Assembly (NCBI GenBank): GCA_021613535.1
Contig: CP075495.1
Span: 2,604,001-2,668,000, forward strand
Length of the DNA stretch: 64,000 nt
Reading direction: 5' to 3'
DNA from: Adineta vaga
Lineage: Eukaryota; Animalia; Rotifera
A program made the position numbers and the translations under genes. The notes beneath the pieces were generated by a model. That model was not told the origin of the DNA. It saw only the letters and a list, made by a program, of their open reading frames with translations, and did not search any database. Below are positions 16,101 to 27,682 of the stretch, piece after piece (the stretch's first letter is position 1; each line of letters opens with the position of its first letter).

Positions 16101-17140
16101 GCCTATAGCCATATTCTTGAAAGAAGACAAGAATAAGATGAAGAATTTTTATCTGTTGTCTTTTCTACTCATTAAAAATAACAATGTAGACAAACGTCAT
16201 TGACGTGAAACTGATTATAGTCTTTTCTTGATCATATTTCCTATTTTATTTAATCGTTCTTTCTACTAAATCAATCTGATAATGATAAATTTGACTGATA
16301 AATTCTTCTTCATTGACAAAAAGAAATGTGTCAATATTATCAAATATATTTTCTTCTTCTCCTTCGTCGTCTTCTTCTAACTCTTTATTTCGTATTGATG
16401 TTAGTCTTCGTCGATTCATATTCTTTCTTTTTATCTATCTTTTTTCCACTATAAAAAGATCCAATTACGTTAGCAATCTATTTTTTACTCTAACATCGTC
16501 TTTCCCTCTTTTTTTCTTTACTTAACATTTTATTTTCGCCTGAATAATTTTCATTCGGTCACTTTACATTACATGTTTATACAGTACATATATATATATA
16601 TATATTCCGATGAAGTTCCTAGCACATTATGATAATGAAAAAGAGGAGAATCGAGAAGAAATCTTAAGTAGGAGACAGGAAATTCAATCAATGAATCTAT
16701 AGTATATTTCTAAAAAAAAACAAGAAACTAAATATAACTTAACGATTACAATTGACATGAAACATGCCACATGAGTCTTCATATTCTTTTCCATTATAAG
16801 AAAAAGAACTTAACTCGAAGGAAAATTTTTCAAAAGTCGAATCATTGAAAGTCTCTGTTTTTAATAACTTAATAAATGATTTCCTATTCATAGAAAATTA
16901 TTAACCTATCATGTAATTGAATGAAGTATACTTCACGACTTCTCTATATTTATTATCAGCTGAATTTTAAAATAAAATGACGAGAAATCACTTAAAAGCA
17001 TCAAATTTAATCAATCTTCGATTCGAATTCAAGATGTCATTATCGATATGATATCGACATGAACAATGGAAAAATGGAAATACAACTATTAGACGATGAA
17101 AGTTTTCTCGACGATTATTCTCAGGCATTTGAATACTTAC

Positions 17141-17205
17141 CTTGTTTTTGTCGATTGTTTAATAAGAGTTAGTTTGCATAAAACATCCGTTTCATTTCAT
17201 CGAGC
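17141..17205 (-). other. Probable non-coding 5' UTR exon of the GPCR, upstream of a ~5.8 kb intron
   Basis: Minus-strand TAG acceptor at ~17206-17208 and a perfect AG|GTAAGTAT donor at 17140. An acceptor at ~11310 precedes the first coding exon, and no recognisable coding gene lies between. Confidence 0.4.
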
Positions 17206-17334
17206 CTAGCAATATTTAGTCAACAAGTTAAAATAACAAATGAGAAGTGATTTGGATGATTTTATTCGCAACGACAACAAGCAGAAAAAAATCCTATTTA
17301 TGATATTTGTATACGAAGAACAAGAAAGAACGAC

Positions 17335-17359
<25 letters not shown>
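17335..17359. repeat. (AG)n microsatellite
   Basis: Read directly. Confidence 0.9.
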
Positions 17360-17365
<6 letters not shown>

Positions 17366-18653
17366 AAGAAAAATGGTTCTTTTCCGTCATCCCTCAAGTT
17401 AATAATCCATCATGTAGATTCGCTTTGTCTTTTGCGTATATTTGACTAAGTCATAAACTATCTCTATAGGATAACTCATTCTCTTGAACAAATTCAAATT
17501 GTAATCTACTACACATTGAATTTTATTGATTATGTCAGTTTAAATCGCTGACTCTATCTCTATTGATTTTTTGATAATCATCTGTTCTATTAAATATACG
17601 ATTAATCTTATATGAAACATGGACTACTTGTTTTCTTCTTTTTTTTTATTGAACATAAATATTCTTAACAAAATTGAATATTTACAAATAATAGAAATTC
17701 GAAAGAGATAAAATATAAAGAAAGATAAGTATACCTTTTTATTCACTTGCTTGTTTGAGATCGATTACCATCATAAAACTTGAAACAAAAGTTAATGATA
17801 GTTGTTCTAGATATAAAAACGTCAGAAATCATTTGATATTTCTGCAAGAAAAAGTTCAAAGATAAAATTAACTACGACAACTATGTCGTTCTTTTTTTCT
17901 CCACAATAAAATAGAATTATTAATAATTAGTTCTTCACTAGAGACTGTACCCATGATACACTATCGATTAAAGATAGAATAAATTAGAACGCTTGAAAAA
18001 AAGATAGAACTTTACTAATGCTTAAAATGATTAGTATTCATTATTGAATAAGAAAGTTTTGCATTGTTTTCGTTTGAGATAATTGATCGACATTACTCTC
18101 TGTAGAAATCGTTAAAATTTATACAAGAGAATTGCTATGGTTAGACGTGTAAAAAGGAAATGTTCGACTTTTTTATATTAAGTTTCCAGGGTTTAAATTC
18201 ACTGAAGTACAATGAAATTTGTTGTTCTTGATCAAAATCAAATGTTCTAATAATTATAAGATCCAAAATAAAGTAAATGATATATTTTTTATTAGAAAAA
18301 CTGATTATAGTCAAGGTCATTTCTTTTCGTTAAATAATTGGATAGAAATTCGAAGAAATGTTAGTCTGTCTGTCTGTCTGTCTGTACTCACTGGCGTACT
18401 GAACAAAGAAAACATACATTACGATCGACATGATTATAAGTGAAAAATCTAATTTACAACAGCTTTAATATATTCGTCATTAGAAGATTTCGTAAGTATC
18501 TTATTCATAATAAAACTATAACAACGAATACATATGAAAGAAGAACTTGAATAAGTTTGCTATGCCATATGTAGAATGAATCAAAATCTTTATTATAAGA
18601 AATAAAAAAGAGAAAAAAAATATATATCATAAGAAGGAAAATGAAAGAATCAT

Positions 18654-20515
18654 TCAAAACCATAGATGTATAAGTTCTCCATCGAAAGTAGCATTGATTA
18701 GAAATGTTTTCACTCTACCATTGAATACATCAATCCAATTAATCGATATATCAGTACTTTTCTCCAATTGTATTTTCAGTGAAATAAGTAAGGGAAATTT
18801 TTGAATCATATGTTTGATAATTTCTAATAAATAATCGTTATGTATACGTTGATTGCAAAGATGAATATGGAGATATTGTAAACGAGGGAATTGATTTAAA
18901 AATAATTGAACTTGTTCAATATGATGCGGATATATTTGAAGTAATGATAATTCTTTCAGTTGATTATATCGAAATCTATTTATATGAAAAAGACAAAAAG
19001 ATAAAAGTTTTAATTATTTATCTCGTTTATTTCTTACTCGAATGATTGATTTTGATCATGAATTGGACAATAAGAGATAAACAGTGTATTTATCAAAGGA
19101 AATACTTCAAGTAAGTTGTGTAGAATAATTTGAGGTGTTTTTTCGATTTTTAATGTATGTAATGATGGAATATTTATTGGGTTAATGATCAAAGTATTTA
19201 GATCGATATCAGTAAGAGTTAATTCTTGAAGAGATGGAAATTGATTTAATAGAAAAGAAAACAATGATCCATTAGATAAATAATATTTTGTGTCAGTTTC
19301 ATCAATCAATAAATTTAATGAATAATTGATTGGAAAATGATGAAATTTTTCTGGAGTGTTCAATGATATATCGAATAATTCAAGAATTTTATTTGGAGTA
19401 GAATAGAGTAGACTAAAATTTTTACGTGCATGTTTCAAATAAGAAAAAAACCATTGTTTTTCAAGAAAATATTTTCTTTGAAAAGATTTGGAATAATATT
19501 GTTCTTCTTCACTATTACTTGAATCAGATATTCGGATAAATAAATGAAATTCATTCAAAGATGAGTATGGAGATAATAATTTTTCCCATGCTTGACCATC
19601 AAGTAACTGTATTGTTGAATCTGCATTAGATTTCATACAATTTCGTAATGAAAAAGTAAAACTGGATGTTACATGATTATTCAAAACTCTATAAAGAATT
19701 TGATCAAGATGTTCATATTGAAATGTCATAATGGAATCAACCGTTAACGAGAATTGTTTTAGTTTAGTTAAAAGTGATGTTCGAGTTTGATCTGAACGCA
19801 TTTCATCGAGAATCCGTACTAACGTTCTATCTCCACTTGTCCACCAAATAACTCGTATGGAAAGATTTTCTACATTTGGAATACGTTTTATAAGAATAAG
19901 TAAATCAGTTACAGTTGAAACATTTAAATTTAAATCAATTAATGAATTAAACATATGTGTTTCTGAAAGACGTGATAAACCAAGTCCAGCAGGTATAGTA
20001 ATTGATAGTTTATTTAAAGATGAAATGGGAAGAATAGAGTGGAGAACTAAATTTGTCCATTTTGGAAAATCCGTATCATGTAAGGAATCAATTTTAATTG
20101 AAAGTGTTGTTAATTTTGGTAGCAATTTAAGATAATTGTCAATAAAATCAATGAATTCTTCTAAGCGAGGATCTTCAAGAAAAAATTTCTCGACAGTAGT
20201 AAAATACTTATGTTGATTAACGAGAGTATTATTTATTATTTGATTAAATAAACGTATCTGACCTGGTGTTCGTCGATTTCCTAGTTTCAAAGTATATAAT
20301 TGTTTATGCTTACTTATCACAGGTATAATATCATTAATATAGTATAAAAAATGTTCATATGACACATTTGTTAGATCAATTTGTTGTTTAAATGGTGATA
20401 ATAAACGCGTGAAACGAAAATTTAGATCCAGAAAAGAATACAATGCATCAAATGCACTTAAATATTTCAATATTTCACATAGAATTTCATCGGGTAAGTC
20501 CGATAAATTGAACAT
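18654..20515 (-). CDS. F-box protein with LRR-like body; exons 20515-19038 and 18975-18654
   Basis: N-terminal F-box LSDLPDEILCEILKYLSAFDALYSFLDLNFRF and LxxL-rich repeats. Splicing keeps the frame to ...GELIHLWF*. Confidence 0.85.
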
Positions 20516-20979
20516 GTTTTACAACGTTGAAACTGGAAAGAAACGGGTTAAAAAAAAAAGAAAACGTATCATTGATTACTTGCTTTGCTTGATAGAATAG
20601 AAATGTCTATGATTCAGAACGTATAAATTTATGTTTAGATGTCACTAACAGTTGAGTCAGATTACCATAGAAATTATCGATATCTTAATAATTTGCTCGT
20701 TAAGTTAATTTATCTACAATGTAAAGTTCTTACTATAGATGTATTCTTTAAATGAGTGTCAATTAGTGACATCTTTATGCGAAAGCTCGTTTTTTAAAGT
20801 GTTTTCTTTGAAATATTGAAACATTTCTGACATATTTGAATTTTATGAAATTTGAATAAAAATTTGAACATAAGTTTTTTCTTTAGTCAACAAAATTAAA
20901 ACGGTTAAACTACCCGGCAAAAATGAAATTATTCAAATGATATCTACTACACTAATCTAAATTAAACAAATTCATCATC

Positions 20980-23719
20980 ATGCAGAAACTAACAACTGAT
21001 GCTTTAATGGTAAATTAATTTTGAATAGCAAGTCCTTTGAGCCTCATTATTTTCTCATTCTCTTGTAGCGTTTTGCTAAGAATGGTGCGTGTGGTGAACA
21101 ACCGATCTTACAAGTATTGGTAATGAAAATTCTAATTTTAATTGATTGATACTAAAAGATCATCTATTTAGAATATTAAACTAATGGATTCCAAACCGGT
21201 CAATGAATCTGTAGTGACACCGAGTCAAAACAAAAAAGCTCAACGCTATCGTCTTATTCTTTCTGATGGCAAACACTTTTTACCGTGTAAGTTAATAAAT
21301 AAAATCAGAAATTAAGATTTATCTTTTCTCAATATTTAAGCTTGTGTTTTAACTGTACAATTAAACGAATTAGTTACAAATGGTCAATTACAAGAATATT
21401 CTATTATTCGACTTGATCGTTTTTTACGTAGTGATCTGAAAGGACAAGCAGCAAAGTATGGATGATCAATTTAAAATGATCATTGTGAGTCAAGTTTTTT
21501 CTTCTTATTCTCTTAGAATGATTTTACAAGTTCTTCAATTAACTGTATTGGATATTGCTACACATAAAATTGGAAATCCGATTTCATTGTTAACAGCTGA
21601 TTTAAATGAAGAAGATAATTCAACAACATCAGTAACCAAAGATATCCTCCAACCAAAAACAAACAGTAAGTATTGATGTAATTCTTGTATTTTCTAAGAG
21701 TACTTCACAAGAATACAAGACGTGAGAAATTTCTAAGCAACTTGAGACACATTGATAGTCATGTCGTTCTAAATTATTTCAATAATCATAACAGAACTCA
21801 TAAAAGAGTCTCTTTAGGTTCAATCAATAAACGTCCATTACTTCCAGTAAAAAATGAACAGCCTGTATTACCTCCTCCTCCATCAGCAACATTACTAATA
21901 ACGATAGATGTTGATTCAATAAAAACGAATCGATTATTTAAAATCGAAGCATTAAATTCATTTCAAAATAGGTATATAGAACATTTCTTCTTTTTATACA
22001 ATTTCTAAAAAATCATTTCTTAGATGGACAATTCGAGTTCGAGTTGCACATAAGAAACCAGTGCGTACATTTTCTAATGGTGAAGGTCGTTTATTCAGTT
22101 GTGATCTAATCGATGAAACAGGTGAAATACGTGCGACTGGTTTTGGTGATGAATGTGATCGATTTGAACCTATTCTTATCGTTGGCAATGTATTTCTTTC
22201 GTTCATAAATTGAATCAAATACTTTTCTTTCGTTGTCTAGATTTATTATATCACTCAAGCTCAAATCAAATTTGCCAATAAACAATTTAATACACTAAGC
22301 AATGATTTTGAAATGACATTTAATAATGAAACTATTATTGAATTATGTACTGAAAGCATTCCAAGTATTCCAAAACAACGTTTACATTTCATTCCAATTG
22401 ATCAAATTCTAAATATGGAATCTAATTCATACATTGGTATATAAGATTATATTTCTTTGATTTTCTATTCAATGATGGAAAATTGTTTCTTTCTAGATGT
22501 GATTGGTATTATAATGAGTATTAATGATATTGTTCAGGGGAAAAGTAAACAAAATAAAGAATATACAAAACGTGATATTTCGATTCTTGATCGAACTGGT
22601 CAAATTAATGTTACATTATGGTATAAAATGGTATATAGATATAAGAGAGTGAGAGAGAATATTCCTGATGTAAATATGTATTCTAGGCTGAAAATTTTCA
22701 AACATCATCTCTTCGAACTGTAATTATGTTAAAAGGTGTTTGTATTAATGATTTTAATGGAGGTAGTAATAAATATAATGAGAAATGAGAGAAAACAAAT
22801 ATACTATCTAGGTCGAACATTATCTGCTCTTGGTAATACACAAATTGAAATGGATCCTGATTTACCAGTAGCTCATGAACTTCGTCGATGGTATTTAGAA
22901 GAAGGAATGAATATTGAAATGACAGATTTAACTCTTCAATCAAATAATCATGAAAATAGTAAAACTTAACTTTCATATTATCTATTAGATTGAATAAAAA
23001 CGAATTTATTCTTTAGTTTCATGGAAAACTTTTGCTCAAGTAGCTGAATATGAATTGAATATGCCATCATCTACAATTGGTGAAGTTTTTCGAGTAAAAG
23101 CTGTTTGTACACATGTACGACATGATCCTGTTTATAAAGTAAAACAAAAACAATATTTATTTTCAAAAAAGTAAATCTAACCAATATCTAGGCTTGTACT
23201 CGTGTGGATTGTAAAAAAAAATTACAAGATAATAATGATGGAACATATTACTGTTCAAAATGTGATTTAACCTATGAAGATTTTAAATTATTGTACATGA
23301 CAAGTGTATGTATTCTCTTCTATTGTCTTGGAATATTGTTTCGAAAGTATATTTATTTAGATTGTTTTATCTGATTCGACAGGCTTTCGATGGGTTAGTT
23401 TTTTTGAAAAAGAAAGTGAAATATTATTTGGTTGTCCAGCTGAACAATTTCCATATGGAAAAACAAAAGATGACGAAGATAAAGCTTATCAAAAATTAAT
23501 GAGTATTTTTGGTGAAGAAAAAATGTTTCTTATACGAGTAAAATCCAATCATTACAATGTAAGTATGAAGTTTAGTAAAAAACGAAAGAAAAAAAATGAA
23601 ATGATATCATTTAGAATCAAGATCGAATTCAATTTACATGTATAGGATTAGAAACAATTGATGCTCGTCAAATTTGTCGTTTGTATTTAGATGATATTGG
23701 ACGAATGTGTGTTAATTAG
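20980..23719 (+). CDS. RPA1: Replication protein A 70 kDa subunit, about 15 exons
   Basis: RYRLILSDG (RPA70N), LNSFQNRWTIRVRV..GEGRLFSCDLIDETGEIRATGF (OB-A), VTLW..DFNGGRTLS..EMDPDLPVAHELRRWY (OB-B), YKACTRVDCKKK..YYCSKC zinc finger (OB-C). Confidence 0.93.
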
Positions 23720-24065
23720 ATAGATATTCATTGTTTTATTTGTTTGTATATTATTAGTAACAGTAACAACTGTCTAGCTCATTAATTAATGAAATTTGAT
23801 CGTTAATAAAAAAAAAGAAAAAGAAACGCACAAATTATCTTTTGTTTTTCACGAACATAAGTTTCAACATCCTTCAATCGTTTCGTATTCATTAGGATTA
23901 AATTCTGTTAACATTATACAATTGTCACGAATATTTGCTTGTGTTCTTTTGTATACATCATTCATTACAAATGTCGAGGGGTTTTAAGCAAAAAAAAACA
24001 AAAAGGAGAAGAAGTAAATACATAAATATTTCGAAGAAAATTTCTGTTTTTATTTTTCGATATAA

Positions 24066-24229
24066 CGGTCTGAGCGCGAACGCAGAGACGCTGCTAACAA
24101 ATTGACCTCTCTCTTCGCCCCGATATGGAGCGAAAGCAGGATTTAGTTTATAGCGTAGTGCAATGCCAAAACCTCGTCCTGGATGTTCAGTATTCATGAT
24201 CACTGAGACGATCAGAGGAAAGTAAGTAT
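24066..24229 (-). ncRNA. U1: U1 spliceosomal snRNA (164 nt) with variant 5' end AUACUUACUUU
   Basis: 5' ATACTTAC; helix H CCTCT/AGAGG; SL1 loop GATCATGAAT (U1-70K site); SL2 loop ATTGCACTAC (U1A site); SL3 CTTTCGCTCC/GGGGCGAAG; Sm site AATTTGTT; SL4 with GCG-TTCG-CGC tetraloop. Confidence 0.95.
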
Positions 24230-24244
24230 GAGTCTGTGATTTTC

Positions 24245-24295
24245 TTTTGACTTCATATATATACATTGTCAAATGGCAAAACACGGCGATGAATG
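24245..24295 (-). promoter_or_regulatory. Candidate snRNA promoter: PSE-like element plus TATA-like tract
   Basis: Minus strand TCATCGCCGTGTTTTGCC at about -63 to -46 and TATATATATGA at about -34 to -24 relative to U1 +1. The assignment rests on position only. Confidence 0.4.
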
Positions 24296-24795
24296 AATAG
24301 AAGACACATGAGAGAAAGAACAAAATGGTTGATGACTCATCTCGAAGCACGAGATTCTGAATCATTGGATAGAAATTTTTCATTGAGTTTGGAAGTTATT
24401 TTTTTTATATAAACATAAAGAAAACTATGATTAGATCTCTTTTATTAAAATAGATTTTATTTTCCAAGAAAAAAAACCTTTTATTTTAGTTCAAACAGAT
24501 ATTTAAATTAATAGTCGTTTTATTTCAATAGAAAACACAATTTTCTTTTCATTTCAATCAAAAATAAAATTCATTTATTGATTAATTCTTAAAAAAAAAT
24601 CAATCGACGTAATAATTCGATCTTGAAATGTCGCTATTGATCAGCTGATATTTTACTAACGTCGCTATTAGCAAGTAGAATTATTCGTAAGAAATGGCAT
24701 CATCTCAACCAATGAAAATATTTTCTTCTTATTTGAGACTAAACTAATTTTCTCAACTTGTCTGTTTAGTGTTGAATAGTTTTATTTTCTTTCAG

Positions 24796-27291
24796 ATGTC
24801 GAATTCAAAAAATAAATCTCTTTCATCTCCTGTCAAACATTCTCATTCATCGATTCACACAACTGAACAAAATCAACAATCACGTCATTCAATACACTGT
24901 TCAGATTTTCCTTCAGCTTTATTTTCAACAGTCAATCAATTTCGTCTATCAGATCTATTTACTGATGTAACGATTTATGTCGATGGAGTTTCATTTGCAT
25001 GTCATCGTTTAATTCTTGCTGCTGCTTCGCCCTATTTTCGTGCGATGTTTTCATATAATTTTCGTGAATCAACAGAAGGTAATGTTCGTATACAAGACAT
25101 AACACCATGGACAATGAAACGAATACTTGAATTTATCTATACTGGTCATACAGATATAACAAGTGAAAATCTCTTCGAAATGTTTAATGCAAGTGTAATG
25201 TTATCGATCAAAGAATTAACTGATTTATTAATAAAATTTCTTTATCTACAAATTGATATTTATAATTGTATACAAATTGAACAATTAGCAACTTTATATT
25301 CATTAGAAACCTTACGTCGAACAACATTACAATATATTGTTGATCATTTTATGTGTCTATATGAAAAGAAATTATTTGTTCATTTAAATGAACATACATT
25401 AATGGAAGTTTTATCCGATGATAATCTAGATATTCCAAAAGAAGAATATGTTTTTCTAACAATTGTTCAATGGGTTAATTATCATCCTAGTGAACGTGAA
25501 CAATATTTTCAAAGTTTATTTAAATTTATACGTTTAAATTCCATAAGTGATAGTGATTTTGTAACGAATTCAATGCGTAATGAAAAATTAGTTCAAAAAC
25601 ATCCAACTTGTTTACGTACATTGAAAGATTTTTATTCGAATAATTTCATTCCAGACCTACTTGGTCCGATGCGGTGAGAAACGATTTGATTAATAATGAT
25701 TTTTTTTAAATATCTTTCTCTTTTTTTTTTATTAGACCGAGTACTCAAATCAGATATCATTTAATTGTGATTGAATTATCATCGAATGACGATGAAATCG
25801 AAGATGAAGAGATCGAACATGAACAATCAACGAATACTAAAGATACAGATGAATCTATCTCGACATTTTATCGAAAATTTTCTGCACAATTACAAGTTAA
25901 TGATGCAGCGACAAATCATATTTCAAATCAAAAGTATGTTGAGATGTGTATCACGAAGTAGTGAAATGAGAACAGATCGAAGTAAATTAAGAAGTTTTCA
26001 TTGATGATTAGTCGAATTGTATGAATGTATTAAACTCAATGATTTTGTCTTCTTTATTTTTTCTCCTAGTAATATTGATTCAAATCATTGTGATTCTTCT
26101 CCGAATTTCCATCATCATCATTATCGTTCACCATCACCGGACTATCGTCTATCTTCTTCATATTGTCATTTACATGCATATGATTTCTTTCGAGAACGTT
26201 GGCGATTTCTTGGTCGTTTACCTGAAGTTTTTTCTCATGTATCCTGTGTATCAACTCATACAACACTCTATCTATTCGGTGGACAATTACAGTCTGGTGA
26301 ATTAAGTGATCGTATATGGATATTACCATTCTCAACACTTAAATGGCAAATGTCTTCACTACGTTTACCATTTCCACGTGGTCAACATACATGTGTTCTA
26401 TTTCATAATGTTGTTTTATTATTTTTTGGTGTAACACATTTATCTTCAACATCAAATCCTTGCCGATCAGTAGATATGTTTGATCTAACAAATGAAACAT
26501 GGACATGTCTTGGTGAAAGTGTTCCTTCATATCAATGTGAACCGATCGTAGCAACAGGACAATTGATATTATTATCGAATAAAAATGATACACAAATGTT
26601 ACATACATATAAATTGAGAATGCAACAACATGATGAATTAACGAATGGACAAACAATAAAGAATACAACATCAAATGATGATTTAACGTCAACATCAGTA
26701 CTAGTCAAAGAGAAAGGACAACTTTCACGAGTAAATATCAAATCTTCTTAATAGTTTCTAAGATTATTACCTGAAGGAGGAGAAAAAAAAAAGAATCTCT
26801 CGAATTCGTGACAACTTCACATTATTTTTCTTTCTTTCTAGACTCCATCATTGGATAATACAATTAGTAATGAACCTTGTTTAATATCAGCTGGTTATTA
26901 TATGCTACCACGTAATAATAACATTGGTCGATTTTCACTTGTAACACATGAAGATGATCTTTATTTAATTTATTGGCAATCGAAACAAATTTATCGTTTT
27001 AATCTTGTACGTAATGAAATTTTATTGAAACAATCCATGCCATATTCCTATATGAATCATTGTCAATGTGTACTTGTTGATCGTCGTCTTATTGTTAGTG
27101 GTCTAGTTTATCTTTCGAATTTAACTGATATTGAAAAACAAGCTTTATTAATATTAAATGACAAACGATCATCAAAAAAAGATTCCTATTGGGTTATTCA
27201 AATCTATGATATTGAAAATGATCGATGGTCAATATTACCTGATCAACAAATTCAACGAAAACATCTCTTATTTGTATCGAAATTATCTTGA
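24796..27291 (+). CDS. BTB-BACK-Kelch (KLHL-like Cul3 adaptor), 4 coding exons
   Basis: FTDVTIYVDGVSFACHRLILAAASPYFRAMF (BTB), LSDDNLDIPKEEYVFLTIVQWVNY (BACK), and LYLFGG / VDMFDLTNETW / IQIYDIENDRW kelch-like blades. Confidence 0.9.
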
Positions 27292-27682
27292 AAAGAAAAG
27301 ACAAAGCAAATAAGTGACTCATCTTATTCGATATAATAACTTTCTTTTTTTTTCGCATGATCACAGTGAAAAATATTCTTGCTATTTCATTCTTCTTTGT
27401 TTGTTTGTGTCTAGTCTTATAATTTTGCACATGGATGTACGATGAATCTGACTTCTGATAATTTGTATATTTTCTTCTTACTTTTGGAGGTAAAATAAAA
27501 AAAACGAAGTACCAGTCAAAAGAAAGATAACACACACACACACACGTACCTAAAGCTTGTTTTGTTATTATTTCTGTCCTTTTTTTCCTATTCTTACACA
27601 CGAATAAATCTCATATTGAAATAGGAGAGAGAAAAAAAGGACGCAATGGATTTATCTTTTCGTTTTTTTTATTACCTTCTAG

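Noticed and set aside
17133-17142. ATACTTACCT on the plus strand, identical to the canonical U1 5' end
   Set aside because: No U1 stems, U1A loop or Sm site follow. It is the reverse complement of a strong minus-strand donor.
11922-18443. Many 60-130 aa ORFs rich in F/L/K/R/E
   Set aside because: They derive from microsatellites and homopolymer tracts, with no domain motifs or exon structure.
21678-21720. 9-bp inverted repeat TCTTGTATT/AATACAAGA in a ~150-nt RPA1 intron
   Set aside because: Too short in AT-rich DNA, with no target-site duplication or second copy seen to support a MITE or ncRNA.
23958-24383. 141-aa ORF on the minus strand
   Set aside because: It overlaps the U1 snRNA gene and has no protein features; a chance ORF.
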